Of a DNA stretch of 64,000 nucleotides, positions 49,375 through 57,079 are shown in pieces. Made by a program: the position numbers and the translations under genes. The DNA is from Acidimicrobiales bacterium. GTDB taxonomy: Bacteria; Actinomycetota; Acidimicrobiia; Acidimicrobiales; Aldehydirespiratoraceae. Below the pieces are notes generated by a model that searched no databases, was not told where the DNA came from, and saw nothing but the letters and a program-made list of their open reading frames with translations. Each line of letters begins with the position of its first letter. Position 1 is the first letter of the stretch. Location: the NCBI GenBank assembly GCA_965207755.1, contig OZ242297.1:199406-263405 (forward strand). Direction: 5' to 3'.

Positions 49375-51072
49375 ATGAGAGCCGGTGGCGAGGTCGCGTT
49401 CCCGTCGCGCCGCGAGTGCGACCTGGAGGCGTTCGCTGCGCTGGTCGAGCAGCCCCTCGACCCGGCCGACTACCCGCTGGCGAACCGGATCACCCAGGGC
49501 GTCCCCACCTACGACGCCAGCGCGCTGGCCCACGGCCCCGCCGACCCCGAGCACCGCACTGCGCTCCGTGACGAGCTCTCCAGGGCCCTCGTCGGAGGTC
49601 CCGGCATCGTCCTGCTCGAAGGGGCCGTGCCCGTCGCGGCCGTCGATCGGGCTTCGGCGGTGTTCTGGGGCCTGATCGCGGCCCAGCACGCCCAGGGCGG
49701 ACCGGCCGGCGACCACTTCGCCAAGCCCGGAGCCAACGACCGGGTGTGGAACGCCCTGGGGAAGCTGGCCGTGGCCGATCCCGAGGCCTTCATCGACTAC
49801 CACCGCTCCGACGCGGTGGCGGTGGCCTGCGAGGCCTGGCTCGGCCCCCGCTACCAGCTCACCGAGCAGGTCAACGTGGTCAACCCGGGCGGCGAGGCCC
49901 AGCACCCCCACCGCGACTACCACATGGGCTTCCTCACCGACGACGAGGCCGAGCAGTTCCCCCGCCACGCCCACCTGCTGTCGCCGCTGCTCACCCTTCA
50001 GGGGGCCATCGCCCACTGCGACATGGGCACCGACACGGGCCCCACCATGTACCTGCCCCACTCCCACAAGTACGAGTTGGGCTATCTGGCGTGGCGCCGC
50101 CCCGAGTTCATGGAGTACTTCGCTCGGCACCGGGTGCAGTTGCCGCTGCGCACCGGCGACGCCGTGTTCTTCAGCCCGGCCATGTTCCACGCCGCCGGCC
50201 ACAACCGCACCGCCGGCATGCACCGCATGGCCAACCTGCTGCAGATCTCCTCCGCGTTCGGGCGGGCCACCGAGGCCGTGGACCGCGCCCGCATGGTCCA
50301 CGCCGTGTACCCGCGGCTGCGGGCCCGGCTGGCGTCGGGCCTCGACCGGGCCGCGGCCGCCAACGTGGTGGCCTGCTGCGCCGAGGGCTACGCCTTCCCC
50401 ACCAACCTCGACCGCGACCAGCCGGTGGACGGCCTCGCCCCGCCGTCGCAGACCGATCTGATGAACCAAGGCCTGGACGAGGACTGGACCCCCGAGCGTC
50501 TCCGTCTCGAGCTGTACCTGCACGGCGAGCGCCACCGCAGCTCGGTGGGGGAGGATCCTCCCCTCTTCGGCGCTGATGAGGACGGCGGACCGGCCATCGC
50601 GGAGTCGGCCCCACGGGAACCTGCCTTGGTGGGCGGCAGCCTCGGCCAAGCCGCCCGCCTCACGGTCGACGAACTGCTGGCTCAGGCCCGGTCCGGCCTG
50701 CGGCGGTTCGCCCCCGGGGAGCTGGCCACCGAGATGGAGTCCGCGACCGCCCCCGGTCCGGACGGCCCCCTGGTGATCATCGACATCCGAGACCGCGACG
50801 ACCGGGAGCGGACCGGGATGATCCCGGGATCGGTCAGCATCCCCCTGATCGTGCTGGAGTGGCGCTGCCATCCGACGGCCAGCTACTCCCACCCGGCCGT
50901 CGAGTCGTTCGACCAGCCGCTGGTGATGGTCTGCAACGAGGGCTACACGTCGAGCCTCGCAGCCGCCTCACTGCGCCGCCTCGGCTTCTCCGACGTCAGC
51001 GACCTCGAGGGAGGCATCGAGGCCTGGTCGGAGGCCGGGCTGCCGGTGACCACCCCCCCGTCCCCTGCCTAG
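49375..51072 (+). CDS. PhyH-family Fe(II)/2OG dioxygenase fused to a C-terminal rhodanese domain
   Basis: HPHRDYH and FHAAGHNRT in the N-terminal ~390 aa. C-terminal ~120 aa: LVIIDIRD..GMIPGSVSIP..VMVCNEGYTSS..LEGGIEAW (active-site Cys loop). Confidence 0.75.
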   Translation: MRAGGEVAFPSRRECDLEAFAALVEQPLDPADYPLANRITQGVPTYDASALAHGPADPEHRTALRDELSRALVGGPGIVLLEGAVPVAAVDRASAVFWGLIAAQHAQGGPAGDHFAKPGANDRVWNALGKLAVADPEAFIDYHRSDAVAVACEAWLGPRYQLTEQVNVVNPGGEAQHPHRDYHMGFLTDDEAEQFPRHAHLLSPLLTLQGAIAHCDMGTDTGPTMYLPHSHKYELGYLAWRRPEFMEYFARHRVQLPLRTGDAVFFSPAMFHAAGHNRTAGMHRMANLLQISSAFGRATEAVDRARMVHAVYPRLRARLASGLDRAAAANVVACCAEGYAFPTNLDRDQPVDGLAPPSQTDLMNQGLDEDWTPERLRLELYLHGERHRSSVGEDPPLFGADEDGGPAIAESAPREPALVGGSLGQAARLTVDELLAQARSGLRRFAPGELATEMESATAPGPDGPLVIIDIRDRDDRERTGMIPGSVSIPLIVLEWRCHPTASYSHPAVESFDQPLVMVCNEGYTSSLAAASLRRLGFSDVSDLEGGIEAWSEAGLPVTTPPSPA

Positions 51073-51097
51073 CCCGACCGCCGCGCCACCGCCGCCG

Positions 51098-51450
51098 TCT
51101 CGGAATTGGCAGCGTTTTGCGCGGTATGCGTGCATTGTGCTGCCAGTTCGCGGCAAGGTCCGGCCGCTGTCTCGGAATTGGCAGCGTTTTGCGCGGTATG
51201 CGTGCATTGTGCTGCCAGTTCGCGGCAAGGTCTGGCCGCTGTCTCGGAATTGGCAGCGTTTTGCGCGGTATGCGTGCATTGTGCTGCCAGTTCGCGGCAA
51301 GGTCTGGCCGCTGTCTGGGAATTGGCAGCGTTTTGCGCGGTATGCGTGCATTGTGCTGCCAGTTCGCGGCAAGGTCTGGCCGCTGTCTCGGAATTGGCAG
51401 CGTTTTGCGCGGTATGCGTGCATTGTGCTGCCAGTTCGCGGCAAGGCTGC
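51098..51450. repeat. 72-bp tandem array, 4.9 copies, each with a 10-bp-stem hairpin
   Basis: Copies start at 51098, 51170, 51242, 51314 and 51386. Unit is TCTCGGAATTGGCAGCGTTTTGCGCGGTATGCGTGCATTGTGCTGCCAGTTCGCGGCAAGGTCTGGCCGCTG. Arms AATTGGCAGC/GCTGCCAGTT. Confidence 0.9.
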
Positions 51451-51487
51451 CGCTGGCCTAGCCGGCCCGCGGGGGTAGGGTCGGGGC

Positions 51488-53569
51488 ATGGCTCTGCGGG
51501 AGCGCTGGCGGCGCCGGCCGAGGGCTAGGCCCGAGCCGGCCCACTTCGCCTACTGGCGCTGGGACGGCACCCAGGCCGGCTTCGACCTCGACGCCGACTC
51601 GATCTTCGACGAGCTGGCCGACGACCTGCTCTACCACGGCGACCTCGCCAGCGCGCTGCGCCGCCTGATGGCCGACGGGTTCGAGGACCGTTCGGGCCGC
51701 CGGATCCAGGGCCTGCGCGAGATGCTCGAGCGGCTGAGGGAGCGTCGCCGCGACCTGCTGGAGAACCACGACCTGGGCGGCGTGTACGACGACATCGCCG
51801 AGGCCCTGCGCGACGTGGTGCGCACCGAGCGCCGGGCGCTGGAAGAGTTGGATGCGGCCGCGGCCCAGGCCCGGGCCGACGGCGACGAGCGCCGGGCCGA
51901 CCTCACCGCCCAGACCGCGGCCACCAGGAACCTCCAGCTCGACATGCTGCCCCCCGACCTGGCCGGCCAGTTCAAGGCCCTCGACAACTACGACTTCGAG
52001 AGCGACGAGGCCCGCCGGCAGTTCACCGAACTGGCCGAGCAGCTGCGCGAGCAGCTCATGCAGCAGTTCCTGGACCGGATGGCGGGCGCGGTGAACGACG
52101 CCACCGACGGCGACACGTCCGAGGAGATGCAGCGGCTCAAGGACATGCTGGCCGAGCTCAACGCCATGCTGGCCCAGCGGGCCCGCGGTGAGGAGCCCGA
52201 CTTCGAGGGGTTCATGGAGCGCCACGGCGACTTCTTCGGTGAGAACCCCAAGACCCTCGACGAGCTCCTCGAGGCGATGGCCCGGCGCATGGCCGCGGCC
52301 CAGTCCCTCATGAACTCGATGACACCGGGCCAGCGCGACCAGCTCCAGCAACTGTCCGACCAGTTGCTGTCCGACATGGACCTCAACTGGCAGGTCAACG
52401 AACTCGCCGGCCACCTCCGCAACCAGTTCGGCGACCTCGGCTGGGACCGGCGCTACGAGTTCGGCGGGGCCGACCCCCTCGACTTCAGCGAGGCCGCCGA
52501 CATGCTGGCCGAGCTGGGCGACATCGACCAGCTCGAGAACCTGCTGCGGGGCTCGCCCAGCCCCGGCGCCCTGGCCGAGGCCGACACCGAGGCCGTCCGC
52601 AGACTGTTGGGCGACGACGAGGCCGAGAGCCTCGAACGCATGGCCGAGGTGGCTCGGATGCTGGAGGAGGCCGGCCTGATCACCAAGCGCGAGGGCCGCT
52701 TCGACCTCACCCCCCGGGCCATCCGCAGGATCGGGCTGGGCGCGCTTCGCGACCTGTTCGCCAGGCTCGACGCGGACAAGCTCGGCCGCCACGCCATCCA
52801 CCGGGAGGGCATGGGCCACGAGCGCGAGCCCGACACCAAGCCCTACGAGTTCGGCGACGCGTTCAACCTCCACATCGGCCGGACCGTCCGCAACGCCGTC
52901 ACCCGCACCGGCGGCGGCGTGCCCGTAGACCTGCACCCCGAGGACTTCGAGGTGGAGCGGACCGAGCAGCAGGTGCGGTCGGCCACCGTGCTCATGCTCG
53001 ACCTGTCGCTGTCGATGCCGATGCGCAACAACTTCCTGCCGGCCAAGAAGGTGGCCATGGCGCTGCACGCGCTGATCTCCAGCCAGTACCCCCGCGACTA
53101 CCTGGGGCTGGTGTCGTTCAGCGAGGTCGCACGGGAGTTCCGTCCCGAGAAGCTCCCCGAGGTGTCGTGGGACTACGTCTACGGCACCAACATGCAGCAC
53201 GGGTTCATGCTCGCCCGGCGCATGCTCAACCGCCAGACCGGCACCAAGCAGATCATCATGATCACCGACGGCGAGCCCACTGCCCACATCACCGCGTCGG
53301 GACGGCCCTTCTTCAGCTACCCGCCCACCCGCGAGACCGTCGATCTCACGCTGGCCGAGGTGGGCCGGTGTACCCGCGACGGCATCCGGATCAACACGTT
53401 CATGCTCGACGCCACGTCGTACCTGACCAGCTTCGTGGAGCGCATGACCGAGCTGAACGGCGGCCGGGCCTTCTTCACCACCAACGAGAACCTCGGCGAC
53501 TACGTGCTGGTCGACTTCGTGGAGCACAGGCGCAGCCTGGTCCACGCCCGCCGCCGGCAGCTCCGCTAG
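51488..53569 (+). CDS. VWA domain protein (ChlD/BchD-like partner of the AAA+ ATPase)
   Basis: 693 aa with a long acidic helical N-terminus and a C-terminal VWA with MIDAS LDLSLSM. Confidence 0.8.
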   Translation: MALRERWRRRPRARPEPAHFAYWRWDGTQAGFDLDADSIFDELADDLLYHGDLASALRRLMADGFEDRSGRRIQGLREMLERLRERRRDLLENHDLGGVYDDIAEALRDVVRTERRALEELDAAAAQARADGDERRADLTAQTAATRNLQLDMLPPDLAGQFKALDNYDFESDEARRQFTELAEQLREQLMQQFLDRMAGAVNDATDGDTSEEMQRLKDMLAELNAMLAQRARGEEPDFEGFMERHGDFFGENPKTLDELLEAMARRMAAAQSLMNSMTPGQRDQLQQLSDQLLSDMDLNWQVNELAGHLRNQFGDLGWDRRYEFGGADPLDFSEAADMLAELGDIDQLENLLRGSPSPGALAEADTEAVRRLLGDDEAESLERMAEVARMLEEAGLITKREGRFDLTPRAIRRIGLGALRDLFARLDADKLGRHAIHREGMGHEREPDTKPYEFGDAFNLHIGRTVRNAVTRTGGGVPVDLHPEDFEVERTEQQVRSATVLMLDLSLSMPMRNNFLPAKKVAMALHALISSQYPRDYLGLVSFSEVAREFRPEKLPEVSWDYVYGTNMQHGFMLARRMLNRQTGTKQIIMITDGEPTAHITASGRPFFSYPPTRETVDLTLAEVGRCTRDGIRINTFMLDATSYLTSFVERMTELNGGRAFFTTNENLGDYVLVDFVEHRRSLVHARRRQLR

Positions 53570-53693
53570 CGACTGCGGCGGCCGACCGCGCCGGTGCCGG
53601 CCTCAAGCGGTCGACCACCTCTGTGGTGGCCGAACCACTGGAGGTCGGGCCGCCGACGGCGCCGTGCGGAGATTTCCTGCTCCCGGGTTTGCA

Positions 53694-53709
53694 AGTGTCA
53701 TATCGCACT
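53694..53709. promoter_or_regulatory. CRP/FNR-type site candidate (aGTGt-N6-gCACt) upstream of whiB
   Basis: AGTGTCATATCGCACT lies within TTGCAAGTGTCATATCGCACTGGTGTAATTACAG, 87 nt upstream of the whiB ATG. GTG-N8-CAC spacing as in TGTGA-N6-TCACA. Confidence 0.4.
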
Positions 53710-53795
53710 GGTGTAATTACAGTGATGGCACACGGGCAGGCCGGGCCCTAGCCCCCGTCGCCGGGGCCCCGCACGGTCATCAGGAGGAACACCCA

Positions 53796-54071
53796 ATGGA
53801 GCTACACGGTATCTATCCGGCTGAGGACATGTCCTGGCAGCGCGAGGCCAACTGCCTCGGAGTGCATCCCGACCTCTTCTTCCCCGAGCGGGGCGCCTCC
53901 ACACGGGAGGCCAAGGAAGTGTGCGGAGGCTGCGTAGTGCGCGAGGCGTGCCTGGAGTTCGCGCTGAACAACGGCGAGAAGTTCGGCATCTGGGGCGGCA
54001 TGAGCGAGCGTGAGCGCCGCCGCTTGCGCAGAGCCCGCGCCGTCCAGCGCCGCGCCGCCGCCAGCGCCTGA
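53796..54071 (+). CDS. whiB: WhiB family transcriptional regulator (Fe-S)
   Basis: Four Cys (C..x..CGGCVVREAC) and GIWGGMSERERRRLRR. RBS AGGAGGAA. 91 aa. Confidence 0.9.
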   Translation: MELHGIYPAEDMSWQREANCLGVHPDLFFPERGASTREAKEVCGGCVVREACLEFALNNGEKFGIWGGMSERERRRLRRARAVQRRAAASA

Positions 54072-54153
54072 CGGCGCCGCCCCGATCACCGCAGCCGCGT
54101 CCCCTCCACCGAAGGGATGCGGCTGCGGACAGAGCACGGTATGCTGTCCGGCG

Positions 54154-54381
54154 ATGCCAAACATCGGTGCACCTGAACTCCTCATCATCCTTGTGCTCGT
54201 CCTGCTGGTGTTCGGCGGGGCGAAGCTCCCGAAGCTCGCCCGCTCGCTGGGCCAGGCGCAGCGCGAGTTCAAGGACGGCCTGACCGAGAGCGCCAAGGAG
54301 GCCGACGCCTCCGGCGGCAGCCAGGCGACCGGCGGCGAGAGCTCGGGCGGCGGCACTTCGGGCAAGAACGGCTCTGCCTGA
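54154..54381 (+). CDS. tatA: Twin-arginine translocase subunit TatA/E
   Basis: MPNIGAPELLIILVLVLLVFGGAKLPKLARSLGQAQREFKDG is a canonical TatA N-terminus. Confidence 0.9.
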   Translation: MPNIGAPELLIILVLVLLVFGGAKLPKLARSLGQAQREFKDGLTESAKEADASGGSQATGGESSGGGTSGKNGSA

Positions 54382-54406
54382 GAGCCCCGCGGCGAGGCGG
54401 ACACCG

Positions 54407-54712
54407 ATGACGCTCGCGGGCGCCGACATCGAGGCGGTGGACGAACCGCCGGTCGGCCAGGCCACCATCATCTATCTCGGGCCGGTTGCGCCCCACTGGG
54501 AGGTGCGCGCCGTGTACGGCGACGCCGACTTCATGACCTCCTTCCGGGACCGGGTCCACGCCCGTCTGCTGCTGCTGCCGCCCCACGACCCGCAATTCCG
54601 CCGCAACCGCGAGCGGGTCAACCGCGACGCCGAGCGCGAGCGGATCGTCGTCGACTGGGACCTCGGCTACCCGGAGGAGGAAGACGAGTACTCCGGCCGG
54701 GGGCGGGTCTGA
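54407..54712 (+). CDS. Hypothetical protein
   Basis: 101-aa ORF with neighbour-like codon bias, filling the tatA-ppk gap. No family recognised. Confidence 0.4.
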   Translation: MTLAGADIEAVDEPPVGQATIIYLGPVAPHWEVRAVYGDADFMTSFRDRVHARLLLLPPHDPQFRRNRERVNRDAERERIVVDWDLGYPEEEDEYSGRGRV

Positions 54713-54743
54713 CAGCGGGCCGGAGAGTGAGACCGCCCCCACC

Positions 54744-56828
54744 ATGACCCGCGTCGGGGGATGGGTCGAGCCGCTCACGGACTACTTCAGCCGGGAGATC
54801 TCGTGGCTGGCCTTCAACGCCCGCGTCCTCGCCCTCGCCGACGACGCCGACGTCCCCCTGCTCGAGCAGGCCAGGTACCTCAGCATCTTCGCCACCAACC
54901 TCGACGAGTTCTTCCAGGTCCGGGTGTCGGGCCTCGCCGGCCGGGTCGCGGCCGAACTCACCGAGCGCACCCTCGACGGGCACACCCCCGGCGAGCAGCT
55001 CCGCGAGGTCCGCCGTATCGCCGCCGAGCTGTGCGCCGAGCAGCAGCGCCTCTTCATCGAGGAGGTCAGGCCGGCCCTGGCCGCCGAGGGCATACACCTC
55101 CTCACCCCCGACGAGATCAGCCCCGCCGAGCGCGCCCGCCTCCGCGACCACTTCGAGCAGCGGGTCTTCCCGGTGCTCACCCCGCTGGCCGTCGATCCCG
55201 GGCACCCGTTCCCGTTCATCTCGGACCTCTCGCTGAGCCTGGCCGTCCTGATGCGCGACCCGGTCGACTCCGAGCAGCGCTTCGCCCGGGTCAAGGTCCC
55301 CGACACCCTCGACCGCTGGGTGGAGACCGGCGAGGGCGCCTGCCGGTTCGTGGCGCTCGAGGACGTGATCGCGGCCCATCTCGACATGCTCTTCCCCGGC
55401 ATGGAGGTGCTGGAGCACCACAGCTTCCGGGTCACCCGCAACGCCGACCTCACCCTCAACGACGAGGACGCCGACGACCTGCTGATCGCGGTGCAGATGG
55501 AGCTCCGCCGGCGACGCTTCCAGTGGGCCGTCCGCCTCGAGGTGGCCGACACCATGTCGGACGAGGTGCTCGACCTGCTGCTGCGCGAGCTCAACCTGCG
55601 CGCGGACGCCCTGGTCCGGGTGCGGGGCCCCATCGATCTGAGCGGCCTCAACGAGATCGCGGGCCTGCCCCGGCCCGAGCTGACATGGCCCCACTGGCGC
55701 GGCATCACCGAGCCGGAGCTGCTGACCGAGGACGGCCCGGCCGACTTCTTCAAGGTGCTGCGCTCCGGCGACCTGCTCGTGCACCATCCGTACTCGTCGT
55801 TCAGCCGCTCGGTTGGCGCGCTCATCCACCAGGCCGCCAGGGATCCGGCCGTGCTGGCCATCAAGCTCACGCTGTACCGCACCTCCGGCGACAGCCCCAT
55901 CATCGACGCGCTGGTGGCCGCGGCCGAGAGGGGCAAGCAGGTGGCGGTGCTGGTGGAGCTGAAGGCCCGCTTCGACGAGGCCCAGAACATCGGCTGGGCC
56001 AAGCGGCTGGAGCAGGCCGGCGCCCACGTGGCCTACGGCCTGGTCGGCCTGAAGATCCACGCCAAGATCGCCATGATCGTGCGGGAGGAGCCCGACGGCA
56101 TCCGCCGCTACTGCCACATCGGCACCGGCAACTACAACCACCGCACCGCCCGCATCTACGAGGACTTCGGCCTGCTCACCGCCGATCCGGGGGTCGGAGC
56201 GGACATCGCCGGCCTGTTCAACCAGCTCACCGGCTACGGCCGCAACGTCGACCACAAGCACCTGATCACCGCGCCCGAGCTGCTCCGCCCCCGCCTGACC
56301 GAGCTGGTCGAGCAGGAGATGCACGTGCCCGGCGGCCGCATCATCATGAAGCTCAACGCGCTGGCCGACGGGCCGATGATCGACCAGCTCTACAAGGCGT
56401 CGCAGGCCGGCGTGGAGATCGACCTGATCGTGCGGGGCCTGTGCGGTCTGCGGCCCGGCGTCGAGGGGCTGTCGGAGACGATACGGGTGCGCTCGATAGT
56501 GGGCCGGTTCTTGGAGCACTCGCGCATCTACCATTTCGCCAACGGCGACGGACCGGGCCGTCCCGCCACCTACATCGGCTCCGCGGACCTGCTGAGCCGC
56601 AACCTCGACCGGAGGGTGGAGGCTCTCGTGCGGGTGGACGACCCGGGGCTGGCGGCCCGGGTGGCCGAGGTGGCCGAGGTGAGCCTGTCCGACGAGCACC
56701 TGGCCTGGACGCTGGACTCCGAAGGCGTCTGGACCCGCCACGACCGCGGCGCCGACACCGACACCCACGTCAGGCTCCAGCAGCTGGCCCTGAACCGGGC
56801 CCGTCCCGCCGAGCGCGTCCTACCCTGA
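54744..56828 (+). CDS. ppk: Polyphosphate kinase 1
   Basis: FSREISWLAFNARVL, FATNLDEFFQVR, the HAK autophosphorylation His context (LKIHAKIAMI) and tandem PLD-like C-terminal domains. 694 aa. Confidence 0.95.
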   Translation: MTRVGGWVEPLTDYFSREISWLAFNARVLALADDADVPLLEQARYLSIFATNLDEFFQVRVSGLAGRVAAELTERTLDGHTPGEQLREVRRIAAELCAEQQRLFIEEVRPALAAEGIHLLTPDEISPAERARLRDHFEQRVFPVLTPLAVDPGHPFPFISDLSLSLAVLMRDPVDSEQRFARVKVPDTLDRWVETGEGACRFVALEDVIAAHLDMLFPGMEVLEHHSFRVTRNADLTLNDEDADDLLIAVQMELRRRRFQWAVRLEVADTMSDEVLDLLLRELNLRADALVRVRGPIDLSGLNEIAGLPRPELTWPHWRGITEPELLTEDGPADFFKVLRSGDLLVHHPYSSFSRSVGALIHQAARDPAVLAIKLTLYRTSGDSPIIDALVAAAERGKQVAVLVELKARFDEAQNIGWAKRLEQAGAHVAYGLVGLKIHAKIAMIVREEPDGIRRYCHIGTGNYNHRTARIYEDFGLLTADPGVGADIAGLFNQLTGYGRNVDHKHLITAPELLRPRLTELVEQEMHVPGGRIIMKLNALADGPMIDQLYKASQAGVEIDLIVRGLCGLRPGVEGLSETIRVRSIVGRFLEHSRIYHFANGDGPGRPATYIGSADLLSRNLDRRVEALVRVDDPGLAARVAEVAEVSLSDEHLAWTLDSEGVWTRHDRGADTDTHVRLQQLALNRARPAERVLP

Positions 56829-56850
56829 CCAGAGGCCGAGCCTGCGAGGC

Positions 56851-57027
56851 CCCTGGGCCCGAGCGGCCCGTGAGCGCAGCGAACAGGAGCGGGCTCCTGG
56901 GCTCGAGCGGCCCGTGAGCGCAGCGAACAGGAGCGGGCTCCTGGGCTCGAGCGGCCCGTGAGCGCAGCGAACAGGAGCGGGCCCCTGGGCCCGAGCGGCC
57001 CGTGAGCGCAGCGAACAGGAGCGGGCG
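56851..57027 (+). repeat. Repeat family 2, 4 tandem copies, period 44
   Basis: GAGCGGCCCGTGAGCGCAGCGAACAGGAGCGGG starts at 56861, 56905, 56949 and 56993. The array is flanked by direct repeats GCGTCCTACCCTGA(C/G)CAG at 56815-56832 and 57062-57079. Confidence 0.9.
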
Positions 57028-57079
57028 ATAACGCCGCGGCACCGCGACCGGCGTCCTATTCGCGTCCTACCCTGAGCAG

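Noticed and set aside
51098-51450. The 72-bp x5 array, and the 44-, 51-, 70- and 74-bp arrays, as possible CRISPR loci.
   Set aside because: The whole period is repeated near-identically, with no unique spacer segments between conserved repeats. No cas genes are in the window.
50859-51461. Cys-rich repeat protein (MRALCCQFAARSGRCLGIGSVLRG x5) as a real secreted or RiPP-like peptide gene.
   Set aside because: The ORF starts inside the 3' end of the PhyH-rhodanese gene in another frame. All three frames are open only because the period is a multiple of 3. There is no RBS, signal peptide or modifying-enzyme context. It is kept only as a remote possibility.
44593-51487. The insert between the AAA+ and VWA genes as a phage defence island or prophage.
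   Set aside because: No integrase, phage structural genes or recognisable defence genes (restriction, Abi, CBASS and the like) are present. The contents are metabolic or hydrolase-type genes plus a decayed adhesin-like gene.
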